A program made the translations under genes and the position numbers. Shown here piece by piece: positions 51,483-62,700 of a stretch of 64,000 nucleotides of DNA. The notes under the pieces are model-generated. The model had not been told where the DNA came from. It did no database searches and saw only the letters and a program-made list of their open reading frames with translations. This stretch comes from Selaginella moellendorffii. Lineage: Eukaryota; Plantae; Lycopodiophyta. The number at the start of each line of letters is the position of its first letter. The first letter of the stretch is position 1. The stretch lies in NCBI RefSeq assembly GCF_000143415.4, contig NW_003314293.1, positions 1,359,104 to 1,423,103 on the forward strand. Direction: 5' to 3'.

Positions 51483-52727
51483 ATGAAGAAACGGAGAAAT
51501 GAAGCGCCTGTGTTGTTGCAAGACGACGTTTTGGAGACGGTTCTCAGCTATGTGGACCTGGCCACACTAGCGACCTCATGCTCCGCCGTTTGCAAGTCAT
51601 GGAACGCCATCATCGGCGATCCATCCTTTCGCCGCCGCTGGTGCCAAAACAGTGGCCACAAGGAATCCTTGCGGCTTATGACTAGCTCCTTCGACTACGG
51701 CGAGCGTTGCCACGCCTGGGATCCATCACGGCCCCAACGCAGCGTGGAGTTTCCGTTGCCCCACAAAACGGAAGAACTTCCTAACGCTCAAGTGGTTGCT
51801 TCCGCGGGTGGCCTGGTATGCGTCTTCAGGACGCACAGGGGCATGGTTGATCCTGCTGATGATGTGTTTCACCTGGTGGTGGGGAATCCAGTGACCCAAG
51901 AGTGGAGCGAACTACCACCGCTCCATTGGGAGGACAGAGAAAGATGCACTTTAGCGGGAGTGATCGACTTTGCCATGTTCGTCGACAAGAATGGCTTCAA
52001 AGTCGGTCTGCACTACACCGCTGTCGACTTCTCAGGCCACTGGTGCTGCATCTACGACTCGGCAACGCGCTCCTGGTCTTCTCTCCCCAAGCTCCCGTTC
52101 TCGCCAGCCTACGTCAAAATGAAGGCGCAGCGGCTTTCAGATTACAGCGTGGACGTGGCACCCCCTGCTGTATTCCCAGGCTTGGACGATTACTTCTACG
52201 ATCTCACCATCCTGGGATTTTACGACTTTGGCCGCGGCAGGTGGAGCACCGGGGAAGTCGTGCGCAGCCTGAGGATTACAACAGGCCTGGAAGACAAGGT
52301 TGACCCGGATGGAGAGATCCTGCGCTGCGTCTTGCCGCTCCCGGGACTGTGCACCGCGAGGCTGTGGGAGTACAATGGCCAGCGATACTTGGCAAGTGGC
52401 TGGGTGTATGCGGGAGGCTACCGCGAGGCAGGGGAGTCCGGAGTTGATGGCTATGGCGTGTGGAAGGTTGACGACAAGGGTGGCTTGGTTGCCGTCTCTG
52501 CAAAGACCCATATATCGATCCTTCGTCAAGTGTACGCTGGGCAGCGCTCTGTGGGAGCGGTTTTCCGTTGTTCTGTTCATGCAGAGGCCAATCTGGTGAT
52601 CTTTTCAGAGATAGGGCTCATGTTTGTTTACGACTTGAGCACAGGGGATTGGGGCGGAGTAGGGGGGCACGTAGATGAATATTCACAAGCAGTGATTTTT
52701 CGCCCGTCCCTCAGGGCACCTAGATGA
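51483..52727 (+). CDS. F-box protein F5
   Basis: Same motifs as F1; the ORF is open from 51321. Confidence 0.88.
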   Translation: MKKRRNEAPVLLQDDVLETVLSYVDLATLATSCSAVCKSWNAIIGDPSFRRRWCQNSGHKESLRLMTSSFDYGERCHAWDPSRPQRSVEFPLPHKTEELPNAQVVASAGGLVCVFRTHRGMVDPADDVFHLVVGNPVTQEWSELPPLHWEDRERCTLAGVIDFAMFVDKNGFKVGLHYTAVDFSGHWCCIYDSATRSWSSLPKLPFSPAYVKMKAQRLSDYSVDVAPPAVFPGLDDYFYDLTILGFYDFGRGRWSTGEVVRSLRITTGLEDKVDPDGEILRCVLPLPGLCTARLWEYNGQRYLASGWVYAGGYREAGESGVDGYGVWKVDDKGGLVAVSAKTHISILRQVYAGQRSVGAVFRCSVHAEANLVIFSEIGLMFVYDLSTGDWGGVGGHVDEYSQAVIFRPSLRAPR

Positions 52728-52801
52728 TCCAGAAAGGAGGATGAACGCCACACAAACAGGTATTGTTAATCCTGAGCTAGTCTGTAAGTTAACGAGACTT
52801 C

Positions 52802-54002
52802 CTGGGCTGGCAGGAACACACACACCTGTTTGGAGCATTGGCGAAGTCTGTCTATTATTCAAGAATTATACACATTATGTACATATAAGATTTTGAGATT
52901 CTATGTACATAGAAGATTTTGCCTCCCAGAGGATTGCTACTCAACAGTACGGTAGACATATTCATGATGGGGATGAAAGTCTACTCTTCAAATCAATCAA
53001 TGCCTCGTGATCCGCTGGTACGCTGCACCATTCCTGGGCCATATTCGTAGGTCGGATTCGAGACCTCCGCGCCGAAGATCTCACGCTGCTGCGGCCGTGG
53101 TCTCCTTGTTCCACTTTAGAATTTGTGACCTTAGCAGGCAAAGCTCATGAACATGCTCTCCATCCGCGATCGCAGTCTTTGCGCTCCCTCGCCGCGGCCT
53201 TTGGAAGCCGCCGATAAGACTGCGCCACTTTCTGGCGGCTCCTGGTAGAAAAAGAAAAAGAAAAAAAACAAAACAAAACCAAAGAACCTTTTTGCTTTCC
53301 CGTCAAGGCGAATTTCTGGAATTCGTCTTCGCTGCTCAAGACGATTGTCGCTCAATCCGGCAGCTCTTTAAACATCTACGACCACAAAACAAACGCGTGA
53401 CCACCGTAGCAAAACATTTCACATACTTACTTTCATAAATCGTGATCATTCGAGCATATCACGACAACAAAAACTATGAGGCGACATCCAAAGTGAAAAC
53501 CATTTCTTCAGAACATCGAAAACAAGAACTTACATGAATAACTTTGCGCCATTGTTTCAACCTCTTTCTCCTCCAACCAAGAACACGAAGGAAAAAAAAA
53601 AACCTCTCCCCCAGATAGACGCAGAGAAAGAAAGCCCAAGCGCAGGCAGCAAGAAAGAAGAGAGACTTACCCGTGTAGCGTTTTGGAGCATTCCCTGGGA
53701 TCCAATGGAGGCGGCCGAGCAAATGGGTCGGCGCTAAACCTTGCGAGGCGCGGCGGCGAGCACAGCCCAGTTCCCCAATCGCTGGAATCGGCGAGAGCGG
53801 CGGCCCCAAAAGCCTCCAAATCTTTGCTTGCCACCTTTTGCTAGACGAAACGAGCGAGGGGACTAGCGCACCACCCTCGACGCCATGGATGGTGGTGGTG
53901 GTGGACGCTTAAACTCACGCACACGCACACGGGGGCACACCACTTAATAGAAAGAAAGAGAAAGAAAGAAGAAACCCAACCCAACTCCCTCCTCTCTCTT
54001 TG
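52802..54002 (-). other. Second copy of the candidate minus-strand spliced unit
   Basis: Nearly identical to 33900-35100. Confidence 0.4.
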
Positions 54003-55646
54003 AGTTGATGGCCTAACTCTCTAAGTAAGAGTGCGATGCACGACTTTCACCTCTAACACGAAAAAGAAAGGGCAAACAATGGGAGAGAGAGAGCCCAAAA
54101 GGTAAGAAAAAAAAAAAGATTGAGAAGAAAAAACGGCAAAAAGAAGAACAATGAGGGTTAAAATGTATAAACCGACTTGGGTGGTGGAAATTATTTCCCC
54201 CCAGCGGTCCAATCCATGGTGGCTTAAGGTGAGATTAAAGGCTAATCACAATTAGCCGCGGGCCAACGACTGCTATGTGCCACCGCCACCCTTCGGGAAA
54301 ACAAATAGGATTTGTGTTAACCGAGGTGGAGTTTATTACCATTAGCGGGTGATTAGCGCCGCAGGCGTCAGATTGCTTTGCAGCAACGGTGAGGATTGGA
54401 GGGCGCCAGCGCTTTACATGTCTACGTGTACGCTGCATGGACCAGGAAGCAAAAAGCAAAAAATAATGCTTGCCTCTCTTTTATATGTTTCAAGCCTTGT
54501 TGTGTTTTTTTAGGGGCCACCACCTTTGGGTTTGTAATGAGGGAAAATTTTGACCAAGGACGTGGAGTTTGTGGGTCGGCCTGCTGCCGCTGCCTCGTCT
54601 AGCAATAAAGTGGAGAAAGGGGGTGCAATCACCACCGTTACTTTTAGCGCTTACCTGTCCCATTATGTTGGATTTTGATTTTGGTCAATGATTAGGTACT
54701 TTAAGATCTTTAACCATATTTATGTACTAAATTGTTTCTGAAGAAATTTCAAATGACACTAATCATCAAGTAGACTTTAAAACTAAATTCTACCGCCAAA
54801 ACAAACATGCCAAAAATTAAATATGAAGAATTACACAAATGGTTTTCCAAATTAATTTCATCTCATCACATATATGTGATAACTTAAGCAGAATTTGATA
54901 CAAACTAAGAACTCTGCAAGTATGAGAGTAATTTGTTTTTGAAATAAATTAAAAACAGTAACTTAAATTAATATAATAACTTAAAGAAAATTAAAATTAT
55001 TTTGCTGTATAATATATCAAATATCTGTTTTCCAAAACACACGTAATTATAATCCATCACACATTATAGTGGCACTAAATTTTAATATAGAATAAGTAAA
55101 ATAAAAAAATAAAATTTCATAAAGACTAGTATACTAGTTCAACTTTTTGTTATTATATTATTAAATTTAGCTTTTATTTATCTTTGTTTTTTTATATCAA
55201 CCCTTTAATTTAAAATTTATATTTTAAAATTATTAATGTAAAAAGATATGGGAATATTAAAAAAATAAGGAATTAAAATAACTAATGTCAAAGGGAGAAA
55301 GAAGAAATAAAAGTTCTAATATAAAACTATTATAAAAATTATTTTTAACTTGTGACAATGATAAAGGCTGTCAAGTATAATAATTAATATTTTATTTGGT
55401 GTATCTCATAAAAGTTTTTGATTTGATTTAAAGTTTAAAGTATTATTTTATATAAATAATTATTTCACTATGTGAGTGCCAAGTGTAGGGTTACGATGCC
55501 GTATACTAATATTAGCGTAGTGGGATTTTGGCAGCCGTTGGATTGGTTTCAATCTGGACCACTCGCTCCTGTATATAAGCTAGGGTTTTTGGGCTAATTG
55601 ATATGCACATTTCTATATTCCCTTTCCATATTCCAGGCACTCACAT

Positions 55647-55662
55647 TGGTGGAGATGAGGGG
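55647..55662 (+). promoter_or_regulatory. Primer-binding site complementary to the tRNA-Ala 3' end
   Basis: TGGTGGAGATGAGGGG lies 1 nt after the LTR and matches the complement of ...CAUCUCCACCA. Confidence 0.7.
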
Positions 55663-55869
55663 CACCTTTGATTGTCCCTGAGGAGTGTTTGGATTTGGGA
55701 TTTTGGTTTAGATCTAGCTTTTGCATCGTCTAAATCTAGCTTTTTCCATTTCCTTTTTTTTGTTCTTTCTTTTGGTTTAGATCTAGTTTATTGCGTTGTC
55801 TAGATATACCATTTCCTTCTAGCTTTTTGTCATCTCTCTTCTTTTGCTCTTTCTTTTTCATTCATCTTC

Positions 55870-56806
55870 ATGGCAGATCAGCAATCTCCTCCTTTGACTC
55901 TAGAGCAGCAATTGGTACAATTGCTTAATGCTATACGCTTGCAATTGAACAACCAAACTCAGTTGATGGTGGCGTTCACAGCACGTGGTACAACTCCTCT
56001 TGCTCTTGGTGCTAATCCTCGCATTCGGCCGGAGTTCTTTCGCGGGAATCCTGGGGATGATGTGTACCATTTGTTCGATCACTTCACGGTGATTGCCACA
56101 TATCATTCTTGGGATGATGCTTGACGTTTGGGTGAGTTTCCCACGTGTCTCCAAGGGACGGCATTGCAGTGGTACAATGGTTTGAGCGCAGCCACTCGTG
56201 GGGATTGGAGTGTTCTCTCGGACGGACGTCTTCAAACGCGCCTTCGGACATGCCGATGATTGTAATGATGCTTTCTAACAATTGCATCGTCTTCGCCAAG
56301 GGCCATCTGAGTTGGTGATGCAATTTGGCGTTCGTTTCTGAAGTCTTTTGCTTCGTGCGGAGCCAAATATGTCGGAGCGGATCAAGCTAGGAATGTTGTG
56401 GCCAGCACTTCGTCAAAATCTTGTCGGACTTGTGCATGCACTTGCTCCTGCCACCCTTAACGATACTCTTCGCTTGGCACAACATTATGAGATGTCGCCT
56501 CTTCCACTTCTCGCTGCACGTCCTTCCGCTCCACTTCCTATGGGTGATGGTCCTGTTCCAATGGAGGTTGATGCTGCTGCTGCTCGAGTCCAAGGACAAG
56601 CGCGAGGACGTGGTCGTGGCCGTGATGTTCGCTGCTGGGCGTGTGATGAAGTTGGTCATACTTATCAGCGTTGCTGTCGTTTTCCAGATTGGCGACCTCC
56701 ATTTCCTAGATGGAGACCTTGGCGTCAGCAACGTCCTGTGGGTGTTGCTGCAGTGGAAGGTCTGGACACCGAGATGCATCCAGGAAACGAGGAGTCACGC
56801 GAGTAA
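55870..56806 (+). pseudogene. gag: gag of element D (interrupted)
   Basis: MADQQSPP...PEFFRG, a stop at 56122-56124 and frameshifts, then a CCHC knuckle ending at 56806. Confidence 0.85.
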
Positions 56807-59783
56807 TGGAGGGACCTTGTGCGAATAAATCAGTGACCCCTCCATCTTTCTTTCGGGAGTATCATCAAGGGGTTCACTCGGCACCGGTTCATCCCGTGTT
56901 TACTTTCCAAGCTCATTTTTATAACAAGAGGTCTCCTATTATTCTTTCCGTGTTGGTTGATACAGGTTCGAGTTTATCTTCTATTGCTCGACCTGTTACC
57001 ACACGTTGTCGTCTACACTTGCGTCGTGCGGCGGAACCAGTTTTCATTCTTTATGGCAACGGCCGTACACATGCATGTGCACGGGATGAGGTGGACCTGG
57101 TTGTGCGTGTGGGCGATCTCGAGCTTGAGTTGCAGTTGTTGCGGGTGGTGCTGAGTCAAGCTTTTGACCTCATTCTTGGTATGGATTGGTTGCAGTGCAA
57201 TCATGCCAAGTGTGACTTTGAGGCTTCTTCCCCTTGTCTCATACTTCTTTATGTTTCATCCATTCCTCTCACTTCCATACCTCTTTGTCCCTCTACTTCT
57301 ACCTCTGCTTCCATTACTTTTGTTCCCCCACTCTTTCCTTCTGTGTTTCCATCTTGTTCTGCTTTTCCCTTTTCCGATCCCTCCGACGATCTTTGTGTTG
57401 CAGCAGTTGACCAGCTCATGAAGGAGTATTCTGATCTCTTTGAATTTGACCTATTGTCTAGGGCCAAGATTGCCACACGTCATCCGATTCCAACTGGGGA
57501 TGCTCGTCCAATCAAGGTTCCTGTTCGTCGTCGGTCACCTAAGGAGATCAAGATTTTACGAGCCAACGTCAAGGAAATGCTAGAGAAGGGTGTTATTCGG
57601 AAGTCGCGAAGTCCTTGGGCATGTGAACCTCATCTTGTGACGAAGCCTGATGGGAGTATTCGTTTCTACATCGACTATCATCCGTTAAACGAAGTGACGA
57701 TCTCAAATGTGTATCCTCTTCCTCACACTGCTAATCTCTTAGATCGTCTGGGGCGAAGTCGTTGGTTCACCAAGCTAGATCTTGCTTCTGGGTATTGGCA
57801 AGTACCGATGGCCGAAGAAGATATTCCTAAGATTGTTTTTTGTACACCATTTGGTTTGTACGAGTTCTTGGTGATGCCATTTGGTTTGAACAATGCTCCA
57901 GCAACTTTCCAGCAAATGATGGACGAGGTTCTTTGCGATATGCCGGAAGTGACTGCTGACTTCATTGATGATGTCTTGATCCACTCGGAGGGGACGTGGG
58001 AGGAGCACGTTCGTGATGTTTGTAAAGAGTTGGATCGGCTACGTGACGTTGGTTTAAAGCTAAAGCGGTCAAAGTGCGTGTTTGGGTCCAAGGACACAAC
58101 TTATCTTGGGTACCGTATTTCCCGTGAAGGTTTGCAAGTTGATCCTGACAAACTTATGGCTGTTTTAAAGTTCCTTACTCCGAAGTGTGTGAATGATGTG
58201 CAGCGCTTCTTGGGTAAGGTGCAGTATCTCGGTCGTTTTGTGGATCATCTTTCCGATCGCACTACACCATTGCGAACATTGCTGAAGTCATCAACGTCAT
58301 CTTTCATATGGTCTCCGGATTGTGAGCGGGCGTTCGTGGATCTCAAGGAGCTATTGACGACTCCTCCGATTTTGGCATATCCTGACTACACTCGACCTTT
58401 TATTTTGCGCGTAGATGCTTCTGACATTGGTCTTGGAGGTGTTTTGATGCAAGAGAGCTCGAGTGTGCCTGGTCAGCACCACCCCATTGCCTACATAAGC
58501 CGTACATTACATAAGCCGTACATTTCCGGCATTTACATTCTCAATATCGCCTTGAAGATGGCCTTCTTTATTTTGTGAGGACGGATCCTGATGATCATTT
58601 ACGGCTTGTGGTGCCTTCGGTGTTTATTCCGCGGTTTCTCCATGCCTACCATGATTCTCCTGTTCTAGGTGGGCATATGGGACACCGTCGTGTTACTGAG
58701 AAGCTGCGCAGGTCTTTCTATTGGCCGGAGATGCGACGTGATATTATCCGGTATGTGCGTAGCTACGTTTGGTGCCAAGCTCGTAATACTCCCCCTCGTG
58801 CTGCGGAAGGATGGTTGAAGTCAATTGCGGTTTCCCGTCCGTTTGAGTTAGTGGCGTTTGATCTTATGGGACCTTTTCCACGGTCGACTACTGGCAATGA
58901 GTATATTATTATTGCTTATGACTACTTGACTCGTTGGGTGGAAGTTGGTGCTCTTGCTAGTGCCTCTGCAACTGCTGTTGGATACTTCCTCCTCAATCAA
59001 GTGGTGTTCCAGCATTCTTGTCCAGAGCGGATTCTTTCAGATAATGGTCCCGCATTTATGGCTGAGGCATTTCATGTTTTGACGTCTCGGTTGGGGATAT
59101 GCCACACTTTCACGAGTGCTTATCATCCACAATCAGACGGTCTGGTGGAACGGCTCGTTCGGACATTCAAAGAGATGATTGCAAAGTATGTGAACTTTCA
59201 GCATTCGGATTGGGATGGTTATTTGCCGTCTCTTCGGTATGCATATGTTACAGGGGTGCAGAGTTCTGTTGGTGTTTCACCATATAAACTCCTATATAGT
59301 CATGATCCAATATTACCAACGGAGCTGGGTTTACCTTCACGATTGCCACGAGCTGCCGATGCTAAATCATGGGATCAGTATTTGACAAGCATTCTTCCAC
59401 TTGTCTGAGCAGAGTCTGCCGAACACTTAGGCCGCGTACAAGTGGGACAACAATGGCGCTATAACTCCCATCATCGTCCACCTGCAGAGTACAAAGTGGA
59501 TGATTTGGTGTTAGTCCGTTTTCCCCATCTTACAGTACGTGGTTTATCTAAGGGGCTTCTTGCGCAATGGAAAGGACCGTATCGAGTGTTGTGGCAAGTT
59601 GGACCACAAGTTTATGAGGCTCAGCATGACGTTTAGCAGGCCGATCCTCTAGAGATTGTGCATGTGCAGCAGCTGAAACGCTTCATACAAAGGGATCAAG
59701 AGGAGTTATTACCACCTACAGATCTACCGATGCCTCCTCCTGACGTTCCTTCGGATCCCGGCCCATCTTCAAGAGAACCCTGA
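56783..59783 (+). pseudogene. pol: pol of element D (protease, RT, truncated RNase H, integrase)
   Basis: ORFs 56710-58578, 58575-59408 and 59442-59636; deletion with frameshift at about 58520; premature stops in the integrase tail. Confidence 0.9.
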
Positions 59784-62700
59784 TGGTCTTCCATTATCCC
59801 AAGAGGAGGGGATGATGTGAGGGCTAAGTGTACGGCTACGATGCCGTATACTAATATTAGCGTAGTGGGATTTTGGTAGCCGTCGAATTGGTTTCAATCT
59901 TGACCACTCGTTCCTGTATATAACCTAGGGTTTTTGGGTTAATTGATATGCACATTTCTATATTCCCTTTCCATATTCCAGGCACTCACAACTATAAAAT
60001 TATTTTTCGGAAAAGTATAATGTGTTAACCATCTATCAAAAAATTTAGAATAATTTTTTATTTTATCTATGTTAATTAATATAATTATTTTTATTTCTTA
60101 ACTATTGGTTTATAAGTAAACAAAATCAGCTATAAAGCTAACATTAAAAATAAAAAATTTTATTCTCAAATTAATAGCATAAGAAGACATGTTTTTGAAA
60201 AAAATCATGTCGAAGTTTTGGTGGCCAATGGGTGGTTAGCATAGTTAGTTAAAGAGGGAAAACAATGGCATGACAACTTTTATAAATTTAAAACTTTATT
60301 AAGATACTTATATATGGCAAAAATGTTTTTTGTACTCTAGTATGTTCCTTTAATTAAAGTGTTCATACATAACAAGAATCCTTTTTAGTATAAGGTAGTC
60401 TAATTTATAATTGGGTTTAACTACTATACTCACAATTATAGGATTAGGAAGAATATAAATAACATATTAACATGTATATTAATATGGAGTGTATCAGTAA
60501 GTTTGTGCTTTTTGCCATAAACACTAAATAACAAATGGATTACAAACACTAGGAGAAGAATAAATGCAAAGTAATGAAAGTGTCTGTAAGTAAGGTAAAG
60601 GTTTATTGAAGCACTAGATTTAGAATTGAGTTGCAAAATTGATAACAATGCATTTTATGTGTTATATAGGTTGTAATTGATGAAGAGAGCAAACAAGTGT
60701 TACACTATTTAAAAATTCAATACAAAGAAATACAAATAATGGATTTAATGAAACAAGAAGGGTCACCATAACTATGGTGAAGCAAAGTGTAGTTTATTTA
60801 AGCTAATATTAGGCAATATCAAAGTTTTTAAATTTGTAGAGTTTTAATAATGTATTTTCCCCCTTTTTGTTTATATCAGATTAAAAAGAAGATCAAAGTT
60901 CTTGATATCAAATGCTCTTTAAAAACAAAAAATGAAAAAAAAAACCAAGGTAGGTTTAGCGTGTTCAAAGTGTTTATTATTTCCTCGTACTTTACAACCC
61001 TTTTGGATCTGACAAGTATTGAGCCTTGAAAGTTTATTTACTTCTAAATGTTGATTTAATCTTTAATTGCAAATTTTGGCATTTTGTAAATTCACTAATT
61101 TAAGAAAAGTTAATAGTTGTATAAAGGGTAGTTTAACTTGTTGAGGGTCTATTGAATGCATAGTGATAGATTTATTGGACACATTCTAACTACACATGGC
61201 ATGGACAAGCTCATCATTCTATTTTAGTATGTTCATCAACTCAGCCTGTTTATTATAATATGGACAAGTGCATCATTCCATCTTAGTATATTCATCAACT
61301 CAGCTTGTTTATTTTTCATTTATGTTTTGCTAGGTTCATGATATACTTTAAGAGTATTCAATAAAAGTATCAAGAAAAATAGAATCTAACATGTGCATAT
61401 TCTTCCTTAAAGAAGTAGAGTATATGGATTGCAAAACATATTATATTATTGAGATTATTGTAATAATATTTTAATATAATAAAATGTATTGAGAAACAAA
61501 GATAAATTATAGAGTGGATAAGTTTTTGCCTTTTATGAGTTGAATCTATTTTTATTCAAAGAGTTTTAAAGATTGCATTGATTAGCATTTGCTAAGCAGT
61601 TTCTAGTCCATAACAATAAAGAGAAATTGTTGAACTTTATGAATCTCGCCAATTGATGATATTAAATACAGGGTAATATCAATTTTTCACTATGCATTTT
61701 TTGAATTTTTTTTGTAATGTTGGGTCATTAGGTTAGGGAATAAGGTAGATATGATATTTAATTTTTTCTCATTCAAATAAGTCTTGTAAGAGTAAAATTT
61801 TCTTTATTATAATAAGAAAATTGGACTGTAAAAGAGGATTTAAGTAAGAAAGAAGCATGCTAGGGTAATAAGTCTATTTCTCACGTCTTTATTTAAATCT
61901 TTGTAAGTTTTCTAATTTTATTTTTTTTTGCAAAAATTTTAGATCTATGAATACTCTTCAATCCCAATATAAATCATAGATAAAAATGCTATGTTTTAAA
62001 GATTTTAAAGGGGAAAGGGGATTATGGGAATTAGCTTATTTTAACACATATCAAAGAAAGATTAAGCCAACTTGAAGAATAAAAAAAAATTTAATCTCAA
62101 AGAAGAAAGTTAACACATTTCATCCTATTGCTTTTTTTTCAAATAAGGGAAAATATAATATTTTTTAAAGAAAATTATTCTTTTGGTAGAAAAATACATA
62201 AATCCAAGAAAAAGAAGCTTAGGAAGCTAAAAAAAAAAGGTATAATATAAAATGGTCTAAAAATTTCTAAATTTAATTCAAATTTACATTTTCATCTTAT
62301 AATCACTCTTTAACATCTTTATGATGCCTCAAAATATGGGGGAATACAATTTCTAATATTCCTTCTTTGATCCCTATGAAGTTCCTTTTTGTTCACAACA
62401 ATAATTATTAATTCTATTATTAAAACAGATTCAAAGACAATTTAGATCTCTACATAATGCTTGAGTTAATAGGATTTAATGGATAGGTTTTTGGGCCCTC
62501 CTCACCACATAGCTATACCCTTAGTTACTAAATAAAAGGTCCATTTAATTTTTATTGAATTCTCTAACCATGTAGATAGAGCAAGGTTCTAATAAAGTAT
62601 ACAAAATATCCAAATAGTGCTACACCCACTTAAATTGAGAGCATTAACTATTCAATCTCCTTGAGGAGTTAGAGTTGGCTATTAAACACTTCACCAAATC

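Larger units (their letters stand above)
55471..59990 (+). mobile_element. Ty3/Gypsy LTR retrotransposon D, near full length (gag-PR-RT-partial RNase H-IN), no chromodomain
   Basis: LTRs 55471-55645 and 59816-59990 (TGTGAG...CTCACA); TSD ACTA; PBS; PPT; gag PVPMEVD and zinc knuckle CWACDEVGHTYQRC; protease LVDTGS; RT DLASGYWQ, MPFGL and FIDD; integrase core and GPY motif. Confidence 0.96.
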
